IMG/VR virus record: IMGVR_UViG_3300037155_000015
Location: 1 to 56,836 of that record
Direction: 5' to 3' (one strand)
From: a virus
Taxonomy: Duplodnaviria > Caudoviricetes
DNA: 56,836 nucleotides
The notes below the pieces were generated by a model. The model ran no database searches, was not told where the DNA came from, and worked only from the letters and a program-made list of their open reading frames with translations. Within the stretch, counting starts at the first letter, position 1, and every line of letters begins with the position of its first letter. Shown in pieces: positions 17,101 to 25,768 of the stretch. The translations under genes and the position numbers were made by a program.

Positions 17101-18877
17101 CCTCTTGGGCGTGAATGTCGGCTTGTTCGGGGAAGGGCTTGCCGATATTCTTTGCTTTCTGCGCCATAGGTGAAAGGGCTCTTGTCGCTTCCGACAGACT
17201 ACCTTCCACTATGGGAGGCACGGGCAAATTGTTCTGTTCAGCAAAAGTCTTGATCTTTTCCAGCGAATCTTTACGAGCGGCGGTTTGCCCCTGCCCGACA
17301 AGTTCATTGTTGGAAAAATGCTCGTCTACCATTTGAGCAAGTTGTTTCTTGGGCGCTACCTCTTTACCGGCATCGCCCCGATCAACTGCTTTTTCGCCCG
17401 GTCCTGCGTTGACAGTGCTATCGCCAGTGCTTGCTTGTACGGCCTCCCGTGCGACATCTCCGTCTTGATGTTCTCCCCTATCGCCTGGGGCTTGACTGAT
17501 TTCTTGAGGGGCATTGACGGCCTCCTTGGTGGTCTTTCCTTCTCTGCCGGTCGCCATCTGCTCGGCAAGGTTCGGGTCGCGCTGATTCGCAATGACATCC
17601 GAAAGAGCGTCCCGGTTCATGGTCGTACCGTCGAAGATCTTCCCATACTTGCTGTCATGAAGGAGATCATCAGGATTCGACACCGGTTCACCCTGGACAT
17701 CGAGGGGCTTCTGCTCAATCAGACCGGCTATTTTCTGCCGTTCGGGAGATAGAACATCGGGCGTGACATGCTCAACCGGACCACCCTGCAACTGGAAGTC
17801 GGGAGTGTATGACGATTTTAGAGCATTGGTAATCGGTCCGGCAGGTAGCGCGGCCATAGCTTGCTCCGGCCCCCCCGGTTCAAGACCCTGAGGAAACTGT
17901 TGACGGAATTGCGCGTCTCGTTGTGCGGCGAGGTCGGCAGGATTCAGTGCTTCACTGTCTATGACCGGCTGGCGGACGGTTCTTTGCTCCAGGTCGTCAA
18001 GAGCTCCACCAGTGCCCGGGCTTTTCAGGTAATTGCCTACGTTGTCGGAGGCGACAGGAGCCTGCGGATACAATGCGGGCTCTCCCTGTTGTTCTTCGGG
18101 CATGTCTCCAACCGCCTGAGTCGGTTTTATGGCTCTACCAACAGCGTCACTTATGCCGTGGGCCCCGGCAAAGGACCCGGCACCCGTGGCGATATTGGTT
18201 AATCTCTGCTGCCAGTCTTCGGCTGGTTCGGTGGCTCCCGCCCCGGCGCCCAACGCTGCGGATCGGCCATAATCAAACTTGGAGTAAAGACCCTGCTCGG
18301 CATCCGTTAAAGGTTGGCCAGCCTGTACCTTTTCGAAGATTCCTTTGATCGTGGGAGACAGCTTAGAAGCAAGGTGTTCAATCGCTCCCCCGGCGCCCTC
18401 GAATCCGGCGAACATCTTCGCATCGTTTACGGCATTGCCGAGTCGCGTTTCACCTTCTTCCGGCTTGCGAGCTCCACCATATATCCCGCCGAGTTCCGCG
18501 CCCCTTATCAGTCCGCCCACGATACCGGCGGCTTTGGGGAGCATACCGACCACCTGCAAGCCCTTACTGACTGGTAGCAGACCAAGGCCCATGCCAGTGA
18601 GATTGGCGACACCTGCGGCAACCTTGTGGACAATGCCAGCATCCGGAGGGGTGGGGATGGTATTGTCGGCATATCCCCATGTGGCGCCCTTCAGGAACTG
18701 GGAGGGGATGTCGGCATAATCGCCAGCAATCTTCTGGAGACCGGCATTTGCTTTGCCAGTAAGCGAGGATGTTTCGGGAGAGGAAGTAGAACCGGGAGCA
18801 GGCGCCCCGTTCGGATTGTCGAAAACCTGCCCCTCGTAAGGTGTCTTTTTGCCGTCAACAAGCGTGTAGAGAGCCAT
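11144..18877 (-). CDS. 2577-aa large polyvalent (DarB-like) internal virion / ejection protein
   Basis: GGDEF-like domain (DAVTGL...RRQGDEF); ART-PolyVal-like domain (FKQWFGDSKVVDKDGKPLVVYHGS); ParB-like domain (ILEGGHRYDAL); LPD23-like zincin (LLHETQH...YRRTAGEEESR). Confidence 0.85.
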   Translation of the reverse strand: MALYTLVDGKKTPYEGQVFDNPNGAPAPGSTSSPETSSLTGKANAGLQKIAGDYADIPSQFLKGATWGYADNTIPTPPDAGIVHKVAAGVANLTGMGLGLLPVSKGLQVVGMLPKAAGIVGGLIRGAELGGIYGGARKPEEGETRLGNAVNDAKMFAGFEGAGGAIEHLASKLSPTIKGIFEKVQAGQPLTDAEQGLYSKFDYGRSAALGAGAGATEPAEDWQQRLTNIATGAGSFAGAHGISDAVGRAIKPTQAVGDMPEEQQGEPALYPQAPVASDNVGNYLKSPGTGGALDDLEQRTVRQPVIDSEALNPADLAAQRDAQFRQQFPQGLEPGGPEQAMAALPAGPITNALKSSYTPDFQLQGGPVEHVTPDVLSPERQKIAGLIEQKPLDVQGEPVSNPDDLLHDSKYGKIFDGTTMNRDALSDVIANQRDPNLAEQMATGREGKTTKEAVNAPQEISQAPGDRGEHQDGDVAREAVQASTGDSTVNAGPGEKAVDRGDAGKEVAPKKQLAQMVDEHFSNNELVGQGQTAARKDSLEKIKTFAEQNNLPVPPIVEGSLSEATRALSPMAQKAKNIGKPFPEQADIHAQEVAAKLEAGGVTPDQPLHSELVNERRQRERLPDAVTGLIAREHHYPTLDRAWQEHQANGRDFAYGSIDVANMGGLNKWAGGESLADPHIRAIADIIKAKVKAEHPTAQVFRRQGDEFAVIAPDVPAKDLSATLDKAQKAVTLYAKKAGIDAIPHKTTGMPPGVGIEHGAADFKNFNSVKEVEQAADSKLALQRLNKGGEYVNREPVSQAEPVAPEGQAGRVATGAGSKSSTKQAESRRELLQKIVKSGKPFNGIMSESEKQSMKDLLAAGHVELSRPNFKDKSGYTPTDAGRAWLELTRPLSKAELRRFDTLSAKQKLSAGEKTALAVLTERKNQQQGEGITTAEASQGEPSAEVSPPKESLTVQSAAKEKAQWYINAEDRPVFTVKSDATGYRGPYSKQEVSELTGTAIEALGGGKKGKPVYTADYPETVPDSPAKPTVKTDTPAFKQWFGDSKVVDKDGKPLVVYHGSPDVRGLLKEGFNSLTRGDSFFASDSYATADSYADDKRAFDYQNAEPHTISLYLSIENPMVVDAGGANWKETEKHLGEAKEKGHDGIIIKNSVDYYNNDKGSKKSTVYVFFKSSQAKSAMEGKLISRVDKATLAEDAGNKGTFDATDPNILHDITSILPLALKELGELSNAGARAFPHLVELGKAAFREGATDFKSFSARMKEYLGDLWNRFKLRMQSVFDHVAKMAKDERGLFGPDINAGHGKWDYPVAKGDVDGLVVRDRVPNMGSIEASLTDYKILPGIREVKLSDFEAPPEITPRTKALAEEIKDSGEINPLIVVIDKDGPYILEGGHRYDALKIMGAESFPAKVVIDNENPPDLPTRGQFTDLTDRKAKVEIDDSGARLKDGLESGYPYKLSDVLDHPVLFKQHPELDKLPVFITIDPYFEKSKGSFSPSGWQRGITVKAADNESALKTLLHETQHFLQDEGGFAKGSNLIEHQQSTTMPAEIKAKIEDLQQTANDNLNRINEIHNSKRNYKGKSEELKKLGEGYYKALNGADLLRKTSESDSMFDQYRRTAGEEESRRASARSDMTAAERMGTPYDRTDIANPKDLIVKMEGGRADSVAAMSDQIDRLKDRAMDHPEVGKIAKSIGEALHDLTDGFRKTWTPASRGPEAKLTAENIREKNSGRQHLLDQITEHYDLARRLFDKMPDKMEDPEGAKARFIDAIQTGELDKLPADQREIAKSIYRTQDDLLKMVRDRGKLKSTMTTEEREQYNAQNEKEFMNYYFPGIWDKGSQDKAKQIVMERMAKRPLKGSGAFLKQKTIDLYSDGLRAGLKPLYDNPIDMLFHKSSEMAKWVMAKDIYDEMKKTGTMKMIPVDFHGPVGWMKIDDPSATIYGKNDVAGYRVKWTDADGEKQSKIFKPQPLSADDYASMKPAEREDAQWADAKDRADKYAEIVDGETEDARAGLSIVGHLYAPEGAATVLNNMLSTGLRKNAAFRAYMGTANVANQMQLGFSAYHAGFTSAEAMVSQFALGLHYLANRDFGKAAKSFGGVPFAAVTSARLGRQMMQSWDNPSLHPDAVKFTAGGKTYDLNDLYSLGGGRMHMDQIYKTQITRNMQKLISQGNYISAALRAPFAGMEQMARPIMEHLVPWQKAGAFAKLAEMEISKATRAGKDLTHEELRAKMATIVDSIDNRMGQMIYDNTFWNKTAKDLAMASVRSVGWNVGTIREIIGGGQDMAKAVRNLSKGQKAELTTRMAYVVALPVLTGIMGAVGQYLMTGEGPDDVKDLYYPRTGGLDENGRPDRVVLPTYMKDVYHYATEPGKTLSNKLHPLLNYLAEMWQNKDYYGTKIRNEDDPLVVQAMDAVKHLGATMTPFAIRGAIKQSGLGAGPAETIAPFIGITPAPRAINQTAAERKMTEFGADKLPIGGRTQAEQGRFDLRRQIFRAIKTNDPDAPQLIADSTKSGQLSHGDITKIRNSAKNPPEVNHFKALTYDQAQIVFRIASPEEKQILGKYMMEKTRNEMQKKRGINLTE

Positions 18878-18880
18878 TCA

Positions 18881-20479
18881 CTACTCCTGGAAGATCGGAT
18901 TACCCATACCATCGTAGCCGTGAAGGGTTGAGGCTACGTCAAGAGGAACGTAAGCCGGTTTCTTGCCCGTGACCGCCGGCTTGTCGTCCTGCCAGAAATG
19001 CGCTGCCTTTTGGGCGGGAACTGCGGCAACTCCGCCCACAGGGACATTGCCGATATAATTTTGGTAAGCTCCTTGGTAAATATCGCTCAGCTTGCCGGGA
19101 TCGGTTTCGCCGGCCTTCAATGCTGCGGCCCGTTCCTGTGCTGCTGCCTGCCGGGCCATCTGCTCAGTGTCCTTGCCTTTGACAAGTTGTGCCTGTTTTT
19201 GTCCCTCAGGAGAATCAAGGAACGTCTGGTGAGCCGCCTGTGCCTTCCGCTGTTCCTCGACACCTTGATACATGCCAGCACGGGCCAAGAGTTCCGGTGT
19301 CATCGCGGCAATATGCTGACGTTGGACGTCTAAGGCCCCCATCTGGTGGACGTTGGTATTGGCGGCAACGGTCCCTTCAAGAGCAAGTTTCCGGTTGGCA
19401 AGATCGTTGCCGACTGCATGCTCATAGACTCCCTGATTATTGGCTGCCTTCGCTGCCATGAGTTTTGCAGTGATCAGGTCGCCAAATCCGCTCCCTGAAG
19501 ATGGAGCCTCAGCGTAAAGCTGGTCGAAACTCTTAGGCTTGGGAATCTCTCCTGTTCCGGTGGCACCTGCTGGAAGGTTTCCCGCCATGATCTGCCCGGT
19601 TGAGTCGTAACCTGGGGAAGTGGCCCGGTCCTGTTGAGAGGACATTACGTTCAGCGACCCGCCAACTCCGCCGTTGGCGATTGCGGCAGTGTTGCGCGAT
19701 TTTTGCCAAGCGTCAGACCGCTGAATCTGTCCATCTGCTCCGATGGTGGCCGACGCTGCGGGGTTTCCACCGATTGACATGGTGCCAATTGTCTGGGCTG
19801 CTGGTACATCTGGCGTGTATGCTCCCTCTTGGCTTCCACGGAAAGCGGCCTCATTGTTACGGGGGTCCGGTTGATCTTGCTGGAAAAAGGCGTTTCTGCT
19901 GTTCTGCCAAGTGTTGTATTCATCCGTGCCAGGTGTCGGATTAGCCGGTGCGTCAATACGCGGCTTGCCTGATGTTTCCCACTTTCGAATGTCTTCTGTA
20001 TCGTCATTGGCATTCGCACTTTGGGGGAATACCATGTCGGTTGCTATGGCTGCGGCACCGCCTTTGGCAATATTTCCCAATGCAAAGCGCCCTACTTTTT
20101 GAGCCACAGAAGTACCCGCTTTATACCAGCCAGAGGTTGGCGTGACCGGAGGTGCTTCAACGGGTGGCACTCCTACACCGGCTCCCCGAAGTTTAGCGGC
20201 TTCTCCCATTTGCCCGATCCGTTGCTTAATCGCGTCCACTTCGCCCATAGGAGCAGGCCTGCCAGTTGGAGCGTCTACTGGTGGAGCGGGCCGGAAAGAT
20301 TCTGCGTCCGCAACGGGTCCGTTATAAACCCCCTGATTTGCAGGCGGTAACGCTTCGGGGTTGAAACCAGTTGGGACATCAGGTGCGACAGCCGGCAGAT
20401 CGGCACCGATACCGTATTTCAATGCTCTGGTTCCGTAACGTGTAATGTCTCCTGCTTGCTGTGCCATACTGCCTCCCAT
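18881..20479 (-). CDS. Internal virion / DNA ejection protein
   Basis: Ala/Gly/Gln/Pro-rich low-complexity protein directly upstream of the giant gene. Confidence 0.6.
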   Translation of the reverse strand: MGGSMAQQAGDITRYGTRALKYGIGADLPAVAPDVPTGFNPEALPPANQGVYNGPVADAESFRPAPPVDAPTGRPAPMGEVDAIKQRIGQMGEAAKLRGAGVGVPPVEAPPVTPTSGWYKAGTSVAQKVGRFALGNIAKGGAAAIATDMVFPQSANANDDTEDIRKWETSGKPRIDAPANPTPGTDEYNTWQNSRNAFFQQDQPDPRNNEAAFRGSQEGAYTPDVPAAQTIGTMSIGGNPAASATIGADGQIQRSDAWQKSRNTAAIANGGVGGSLNVMSSQQDRATSPGYDSTGQIMAGNLPAGATGTGEIPKPKSFDQLYAEAPSSGSGFGDLITAKLMAAKAANNQGVYEHAVGNDLANRKLALEGTVAANTNVHQMGALDVQRQHIAAMTPELLARAGMYQGVEEQRKAQAAHQTFLDSPEGQKQAQLVKGKDTEQMARQAAAQERAAALKAGETDPGKLSDIYQGAYQNYIGNVPVGGVAAVPAQKAAHFWQDDKPAVTGKKPAYVPLDVASTLHGYDGMGNPIFQE

Positions 20480-20508
20480 AATATCTAACGGGTTTTCGCT
20501 ATAATACG

Positions 20509-22293
20509 TTAATGTTTGGTGATGTCAATATTTATGGCCGCCAGCGTGTTCATGATCGTCTGGATAGCCGAAATAGAGGAAATAAGCGCATGCTCCTTGA
20601 TTGTATTCTCGCTTTGAATCTCATTGACCATGATATTTGCTCGGCTGGTGATGGTCGACTGTAGTGTCTCCCACCGTTTCAAAGAGGTATTGATATTGAA
20701 CTTGTTGACGTCAGCATTGGCCAGGGCCACCTTGAGCTGTGAAAAGAACGTCTCGATCTCCGCCTTAAACGCCTCCATCTTGAATTCGTTGGTGAAGCGC
20801 ATCTGGGAAAGCTTGCCTTCGTACTCCATGATCTGAATCCGGTTGTTTTCCGCCTGGGCCTGTACGACTTTCGCTTGGGCATCCACGCCAACAGAAAGCG
20901 CCCGGTTGTATTCCGTGGTCCCTTCAGTCTTCGCCTTGTACGCTTGAACCTCGGCCTCGAATCCTTGGACCCTGGCAGTCTCGCCGCGCAATTGCGCTTC
21001 ATATCCGCCATACTCGGCAACCTTCGCCTGAATCTCGGCCTGATAACCTTCGATCTGTGCTTTAAAAACGTCAATCTTCAATTTCTCCACGTTGGCGGAC
21101 GCGGTGTAGCCTTCCACTTTGGCGGTATATATCCTGACAAGCTGTTCTTGAGCGGCGATCTTTGCCTTGTAAATCTCGATCTGCTGAACGTTGAGTTCCC
21201 CGGTAATCCGGGCGGCTTCCAGTTCGCCTTTGTAGATTTCGATCTGGGTTGAAAAGGCGCGCAGTCTCGCTTCGAATACCTGCGTTTCAGTCTTGTACCC
21301 TTCCAGAAGAGCGGTATAGCGAGCAAGATAGGCGTTGTAGATAGCGATTCCCGCATTGACCGTCTCCTTTGCTACGTCCAAAGTGAAGGCGGCGAACTGC
21401 ATGGCGAACTGCATCTGCTGCTTTTCGATCTCCACAGCGGTCGTAATGGCAAACTGCCGGTTGGTCTGGGTGATCTCCGCCTGTTTCTGTGATATCTCTC
21501 GGCTTCGGTCGTTCCGGGTAAAGGTGTAATTGGTGATAAGTTCACTTCGTTTCCGGTCCAGCCTGCCAGGGGCAAGAGAAAAGCATTGTTTGGAGAAGGT
21601 ATCGGCTGCCAGTTTCAGGGAATCACCGAGAGCAATCAGGTCGCGTTCGGCTTGTCGCTTCCAAATATCATCTTCAACCGCTGCCGGGACGCCGGTCCTG
21701 CCGTTGGTGATATCGTCAAGGAGGACCTTCCCCACCTGGTCAAGAACCGGAGATTCGTAGACCTGACGCTTGAACTGCGTGATATTGAACCCGGAAAGCG
21801 GATTATCCTTGAAAGGAAGGTCGGGGAAGTTGTCGGCACTCGGCATGGCAGCCGTGAAGACCGGTAACCCTGCCAAGGTCAAAGGTGGAGGAATGGGAAC
21901 GTTTGTCAAGGTCGGCTCGGATATGAACGCCAGGATGGGCGAATCGGGAGCCTTGCCGAAGTCAACTGACGGCGTATCGAACGTTTGAGGCGTAAGACTG
22001 ACCGGCGCAGTGAGATCTCTGCCGGTGAAATCCTTTCCGAATCCTTCCGGTAAAAGTGGGGCGATCGGTGTGATATTCCCTTGCGCGAGAATCGGTGCAA
22101 CAGGTGCACTGTCAGGAACAGGAGCAGCCGGCGCAGAGCCAGAAAAACCGAGTTTTACCAAGTCCGGCGTGAAGTCGGCCGGATCAGCAACGGTAAAAGT
22201 GGTCGGTCGCCAGTCAAGGAGCGTGGCAATCGACGCGGTAAGTTGAGTCTGAAGACTTGCAGCGTATGCCTGGATATCGGATATTCCGGCCAT
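20509..22293 (-). CDS. Coiled-coil virion protein
   Basis: Periodic Y/F-x-A-x-I/V-E-x-Y helical repeats; located in the tail module. Confidence 0.65.
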   Translation of the reverse strand: MAGISDIQAYAASLQTQLTASIATLLDWRPTTFTVADPADFTPDLVKLGFSGSAPAAPVPDSAPVAPILAQGNITPIAPLLPEGFGKDFTGRDLTAPVSLTPQTFDTPSVDFGKAPDSPILAFISEPTLTNVPIPPPLTLAGLPVFTAAMPSADNFPDLPFKDNPLSGFNITQFKRQVYESPVLDQVGKVLLDDITNGRTGVPAAVEDDIWKRQAERDLIALGDSLKLAADTFSKQCFSLAPGRLDRKRSELITNYTFTRNDRSREISQKQAEITQTNRQFAITTAVEIEKQQMQFAMQFAAFTLDVAKETVNAGIAIYNAYLARYTALLEGYKTETQVFEARLRAFSTQIEIYKGELEAARITGELNVQQIEIYKAKIAAQEQLVRIYTAKVEGYTASANVEKLKIDVFKAQIEGYQAEIQAKVAEYGGYEAQLRGETARVQGFEAEVQAYKAKTEGTTEYNRALSVGVDAQAKVVQAQAENNRIQIMEYEGKLSQMRFTNEFKMEAFKAEIETFFSQLKVALANADVNKFNINTSLKRWETLQSTITSRANIMVNEIQSENTIKEHALISSISAIQTIMNTLAAINIDITKH

Positions 22294-22303
22294 GATCTAC
22301 TCC

Positions 22304-23221
22304 TTAATGTCTCTGGGTATCTTCGTAAAGCAGTTCTAGCCCGGCCAGGTCGAAGGCGCAACCATCAACATTGCTCACCTCGGCCTGCCAGTTATTGGCC
22401 TTGATCCCCTTGGCCGGCTTGCACAGTTTAACGTGAATCCCCTGTTTCTCGGATCGGCCGTCCACCAGATAATCGCGGGATATCTCTTCGTCGGCGATGA
22501 GGGTGAGCTGCATTTCCCCTGCTGACCGAAGATGGAGAAAGCCCCGGAGAATTCTTTTTTGTTTACTGGAATCAAACTTGGAATTTCCCGTGGTCACATA
22601 GGCGTCAATCTGAACCCCAGCGTCGTTGTCTCCATTAAGGTGATAGATCCCATCGCCGAGACAGCCGTAATACTCCCCGTCGTCTTTTGCCAGGGCGTGG
22701 AAGGGGAAATTCTCGTAATTGGCAAACTTATGGTTGTGCGCGTTAAAGACCAGGGCCTGAAAGATTTCCGGAACAGTGAGAGCTCCGGAGAAGATAAAGA
22801 ATGGTCGACGCGCTGAGACGAATAACCGGCCCGTAACGTTTTCAGCGACGATCAAGCCGAAGGTCGGCCGTCTGAATGGGATTGAGAGAGCCCCGGCGCT
22901 TCCCTGGAGACCGGCGAAGTGCAAGGCCAGACGATGGGTCGGGATAACCAGTGATCCGGCTGCTCCGATGACCCCTGCCAGGTAAGGAACGGGTCTCCGA
23001 GAAATAAAACTTACCGCTCCGGTGATGGTCTGAACCACTGTGAAGTTCAACGAAACGCGCCGGGATTGGAAGCTGATCGAGATTATCCCGCCCATGACTC
23101 CAGTGAAAGAGACATCCGGACGCCTGCCGGATAGAGATATAGGTCCAGTCGGTGAATCGGGTACAGCGGTTTCGATGAGACTCCCGTATACCTGGATTGT
23201 CGGTGTGCAGATAAGGATCAT
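22304..23221 (-). CDS. Tail structural protein
   Basis: Beta-rich; C-domain NYENFPF...DGIYHLNGDND; coupled ORF. Confidence 0.6.
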   Translation of the reverse strand: MILICTPTIQVYGSLIETAVPDSPTGPISLSGRRPDVSFTGVMGGIISISFQSRRVSLNFTVVQTITGAVSFISRRPVPYLAGVIGAAGSLVIPTHRLALHFAGLQGSAGALSIPFRRPTFGLIVAENVTGRLFVSARRPFFIFSGALTVPEIFQALVFNAHNHKFANYENFPFHALAKDDGEYYGCLGDGIYHLNGDNDAGVQIDAYVTTGNSKFDSSKQKRILRGFLHLRSAGEMQLTLIADEEISRDYLVDGRSEKQGIHVKLCKPAKGIKANNWQAEVSNVDGCAFDLAGLELLYEDTQRH

Positions 23222-24756
23222 TATCCCCCCAAAGTGAACGGCAGTCCGGTGTGCTGAATCATGCCGCCGGAAGAGATATTCGGCACCGGCAGGGTTATGG
23301 CGCTGGTATGCTCATTGAAGCTACCCCCCGAATTGAACGGAAGCAGCGGGGCAGTCTGTTCAATGAAACTGCCTTGGACGATGTAGACGTGAGGCGGTTC
23401 CGTGTGTTCATTGAACGAGCCACCTGCCAGGAAATCGGGTTTTGGTATGTATGCCGTTAGTCCCTCCCCGGTATGAAGTGCGTTGAAAGCATTAATATCG
23501 GCCTGCGTTATGGTCGTATCCGGAAGCTGGGTTCCTGGTTTAGACGTTGACCATGTAACGAAATCGGCGGAATACAGCACGACTCCGCCCAAACTGTTCT
23601 GACCGATCAGCACATAGTAGATGCCGTTATAAACAACGGTGCTCCATGTCGCTGTGACCGGGAGATTTCGTGTGGCCCAAGTCGTTCCGTCTGCTGAGGA
23701 GAATATCCGATTGTCAGCGGATGGAAGTAGAAAAAAAGTGTTATTCGCCGCCGTGAATCCACCCCAGAACGACGGAGTTATCGGTAGGGTGATATCTGAT
23801 GACCATGTTGCGCCGTGGTCTGCGGATACTCGGCACTTATTCAGCGGTGACCACTTTAGAACGCAGACTTTGCCTGTAACTGCGGCCGCCATTTTCGTAG
23901 TGAATGACCCAGGTCCCCCTCCGACATAATTACCGAGCGAGGTCCACGTTATACCATCGGCTGAATTAAACACGGCTCCGGACGAGTTATTGAACGTGAC
24001 AAACTTGGTGCCATCCCAAACCGGCGGGAACCCGCCATTGTTGCCGGTGTTCGTTGTGGTGTAATTCCATGTAACGCCGTCTGTCGAATAATAGACCTTG
24101 CCTGAAGCATCCCCGGTGAGAGCGATGCTGTTAGCGAAAGTCGGATACCGCCCGCTAAAGACACCGGTTCGGGATGTCCACGTGATGCCGTTAGGGGATG
24201 TCCATATTCCGGCGCCGGTGACGTTGACTGCCAGAACAAAAACGCTGCCATTCCACTCAATCCTGCCTGCGCCGATCGCACCGGGAAGCGTCACGCCATT
24301 ACTGGTCCAGGCCATACCGTCAATCGAGGTAATGATCTTGCCTGTTGTGGACTCGAAAGCGACGAACAGACCATTACCATAGCCAAAACAGACCAGAGTA
24401 TCCCAGAAAGATGCCACCTGCGTAAAAAACGTGTTGAGATTCCCTGTCACCGGAGAACCGAGGGAGCCGACAATTCGGGAAACAAACGACGCCACCGGCT
24501 GAGCTGGCAAAGCCGGGTTGATAAGTGGCGGCGACCAGTCACCACCGCCCACCACCGCCGGACGCGGCGCGTTCAGTGGAGGCACATATTTCGTCGGCGG
24601 CTTGATGATGAGTTTGGCGAAGTTGTTGCCCACCGCTATTCCCACCGGGGTTCCGGCCGTCTGGTTCTGGTAAAACTTGCGGTACAGCGCATAGTAACTC
24701 GCTAGCAAATCGCCGCCGGATGCCGCCCCGCTTGGCACATCGATGAGGTTGGACAT
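23221..24756 (-). CDS. Tail protein with BNR/Asp-box-like beta-propeller repeats
   Basis: Repeated SxDGxTW motifs; probable start MSNLIDV after GGAG. Confidence 0.7.
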   Translation of the reverse strand: MSNLIDVPSGAASGGDLLASYYALYRKFYQNQTAGTPVGIAVGNNFAKLIIKPPTKYVPPLNAPRPAVVGGGDWSPPLINPALPAQPVASFVSRIVGSLGSPVTGNLNTFFTQVASFWDTLVCFGYGNGLFVAFESTTGKIITSIDGMAWTSNGVTLPGAIGAGRIEWNGSVFVLAVNVTGAGIWTSPNGITWTSRTGVFSGRYPTFANSIALTGDASGKVYYSTDGVTWNYTTTNTGNNGGFPPVWDGTKFVTFNNSSGAVFNSADGITWTSLGNYVGGGPGSFTTKMAAAVTGKVCVLKWSPLNKCRVSADHGATWSSDITLPITPSFWGGFTAANNTFFLLPSADNRIFSSADGTTWATRNLPVTATWSTVVYNGIYYVLIGQNSLGGVVLYSADFVTWSTSKPGTQLPDTTITQADINAFNALHTGEGLTAYIPKPDFLAGGSFNEHTEPPHVYIVQGSFIEQTAPLLPFNSGGSFNEHTSAITLPVPNISSGGMIQHTGLPFTLGG

Positions 24757-24778
24757 GATGACTCCGATGATGGCTAGC

Positions 24779-25756
24779 TTACGCCAGGTATTCAATGCCG
24801 GTCACATAGGGAATCTGATTCGGATAGTTCATCGCCGCCACCGGTACGGTTACAGTATCCTGCATCCAGATTCTTACCGGAGTATCCGTTGAAATCGCCG
24901 CCGGTTGAAGGACGTGGACATAAGTGCCGGGACTGCCGGAGGAGTCAGGTGCGAACAGCGCCGAACCGATGGTATAAGCTACCGAGTCGGCAGCAACTGC
25001 GTTGTTGTAGGTCAGATCGGAGATGGTCACGGTCGTTGTTGTGTTCGCCGTGATGGTGCCGCGATAGGTGCCGCCATGGTTTAGTGCCCGGCCTATGAGC
25101 GCCCCAGCAACCAGCCCCGAGAAGCCGGAGCCGACCCCGGAAGCGAAGGTCGTACTTGCTGTGGTAAGGCTCGCCTGGGTCTGGGAGTGGTCAAGACTCT
25201 GCACCTGAAGAGTATCGTAGGTGTAGCCCGGAGTTCGTTTCAGCCAGAACGAAGTAGCCGTAGTTTTAACCGTCCCCGCAGCACCGCCGAAGTTGGCACT
25301 AAGTGTCGCAGTCGGAATGGCGTGGAGGATCTGGGTCGTAGCCGGAGCCGCGCCGGTGAGGTTGACGCTATTGCCAACCACGTTGTAATCCGTACCGGCG
25401 ACGAGCTTCGCGTAAGCACTGTAGATGCAGCTCCCGGCAGTCGCCTGGGTGTATGTGATATCGGAAAGGGTGAGGGTCGTTGCCGTGTTGGAGACGATAG
25501 TGCCGCGAAAACTCCCATTATGGATGACTCGGTAGCCGATCAGGGCGTTGATGGTCAGACCTGAGAACCCGGAACCCACACCTGAAGCGAAGGTAACACC
25601 CGCCTGGGTGGTTTGGCTTTCCAGGTAGACCGTTCCCAAGAGGGAGCCGATAAAGGTGGTGAGGGTGAAGGATGTCTGTGCACCGGTCCCGGCAAACGAC
25701 TGAGCGAAAGGAACTTCCTGGGTGCAACCTGCGTCGGAATAGATTTTCAGTGACAT
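24779..25756 (-). CDS. Tail structural protein with an internal duplication
   Basis: TFASGVGSGFSGL...ALIG...RGTI occurs twice. Confidence 0.65.
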   Translation of the reverse strand: MSLKIYSDAGCTQEVPFAQSFAGTGAQTSFTLTTFIGSLLGTVYLESQTTQAGVTFASGVGSGFSGLTINALIGYRVIHNGSFRGTIVSNTATTLTLSDITYTQATAGSCIYSAYAKLVAGTDYNVVGNSVNLTGAAPATTQILHAIPTATLSANFGGAAGTVKTTATSFWLKRTPGYTYDTLQVQSLDHSQTQASLTTASTTFASGVGSGFSGLVAGALIGRALNHGGTYRGTITANTTTTVTISDLTYNNAVAADSVAYTIGSALFAPDSSGSPGTYVHVLQPAAISTDTPVRIWMQDTVTVPVAAMNYPNQIPYVTGIEYLA

Positions 25757-25768
25757 GGGGTATCCTCC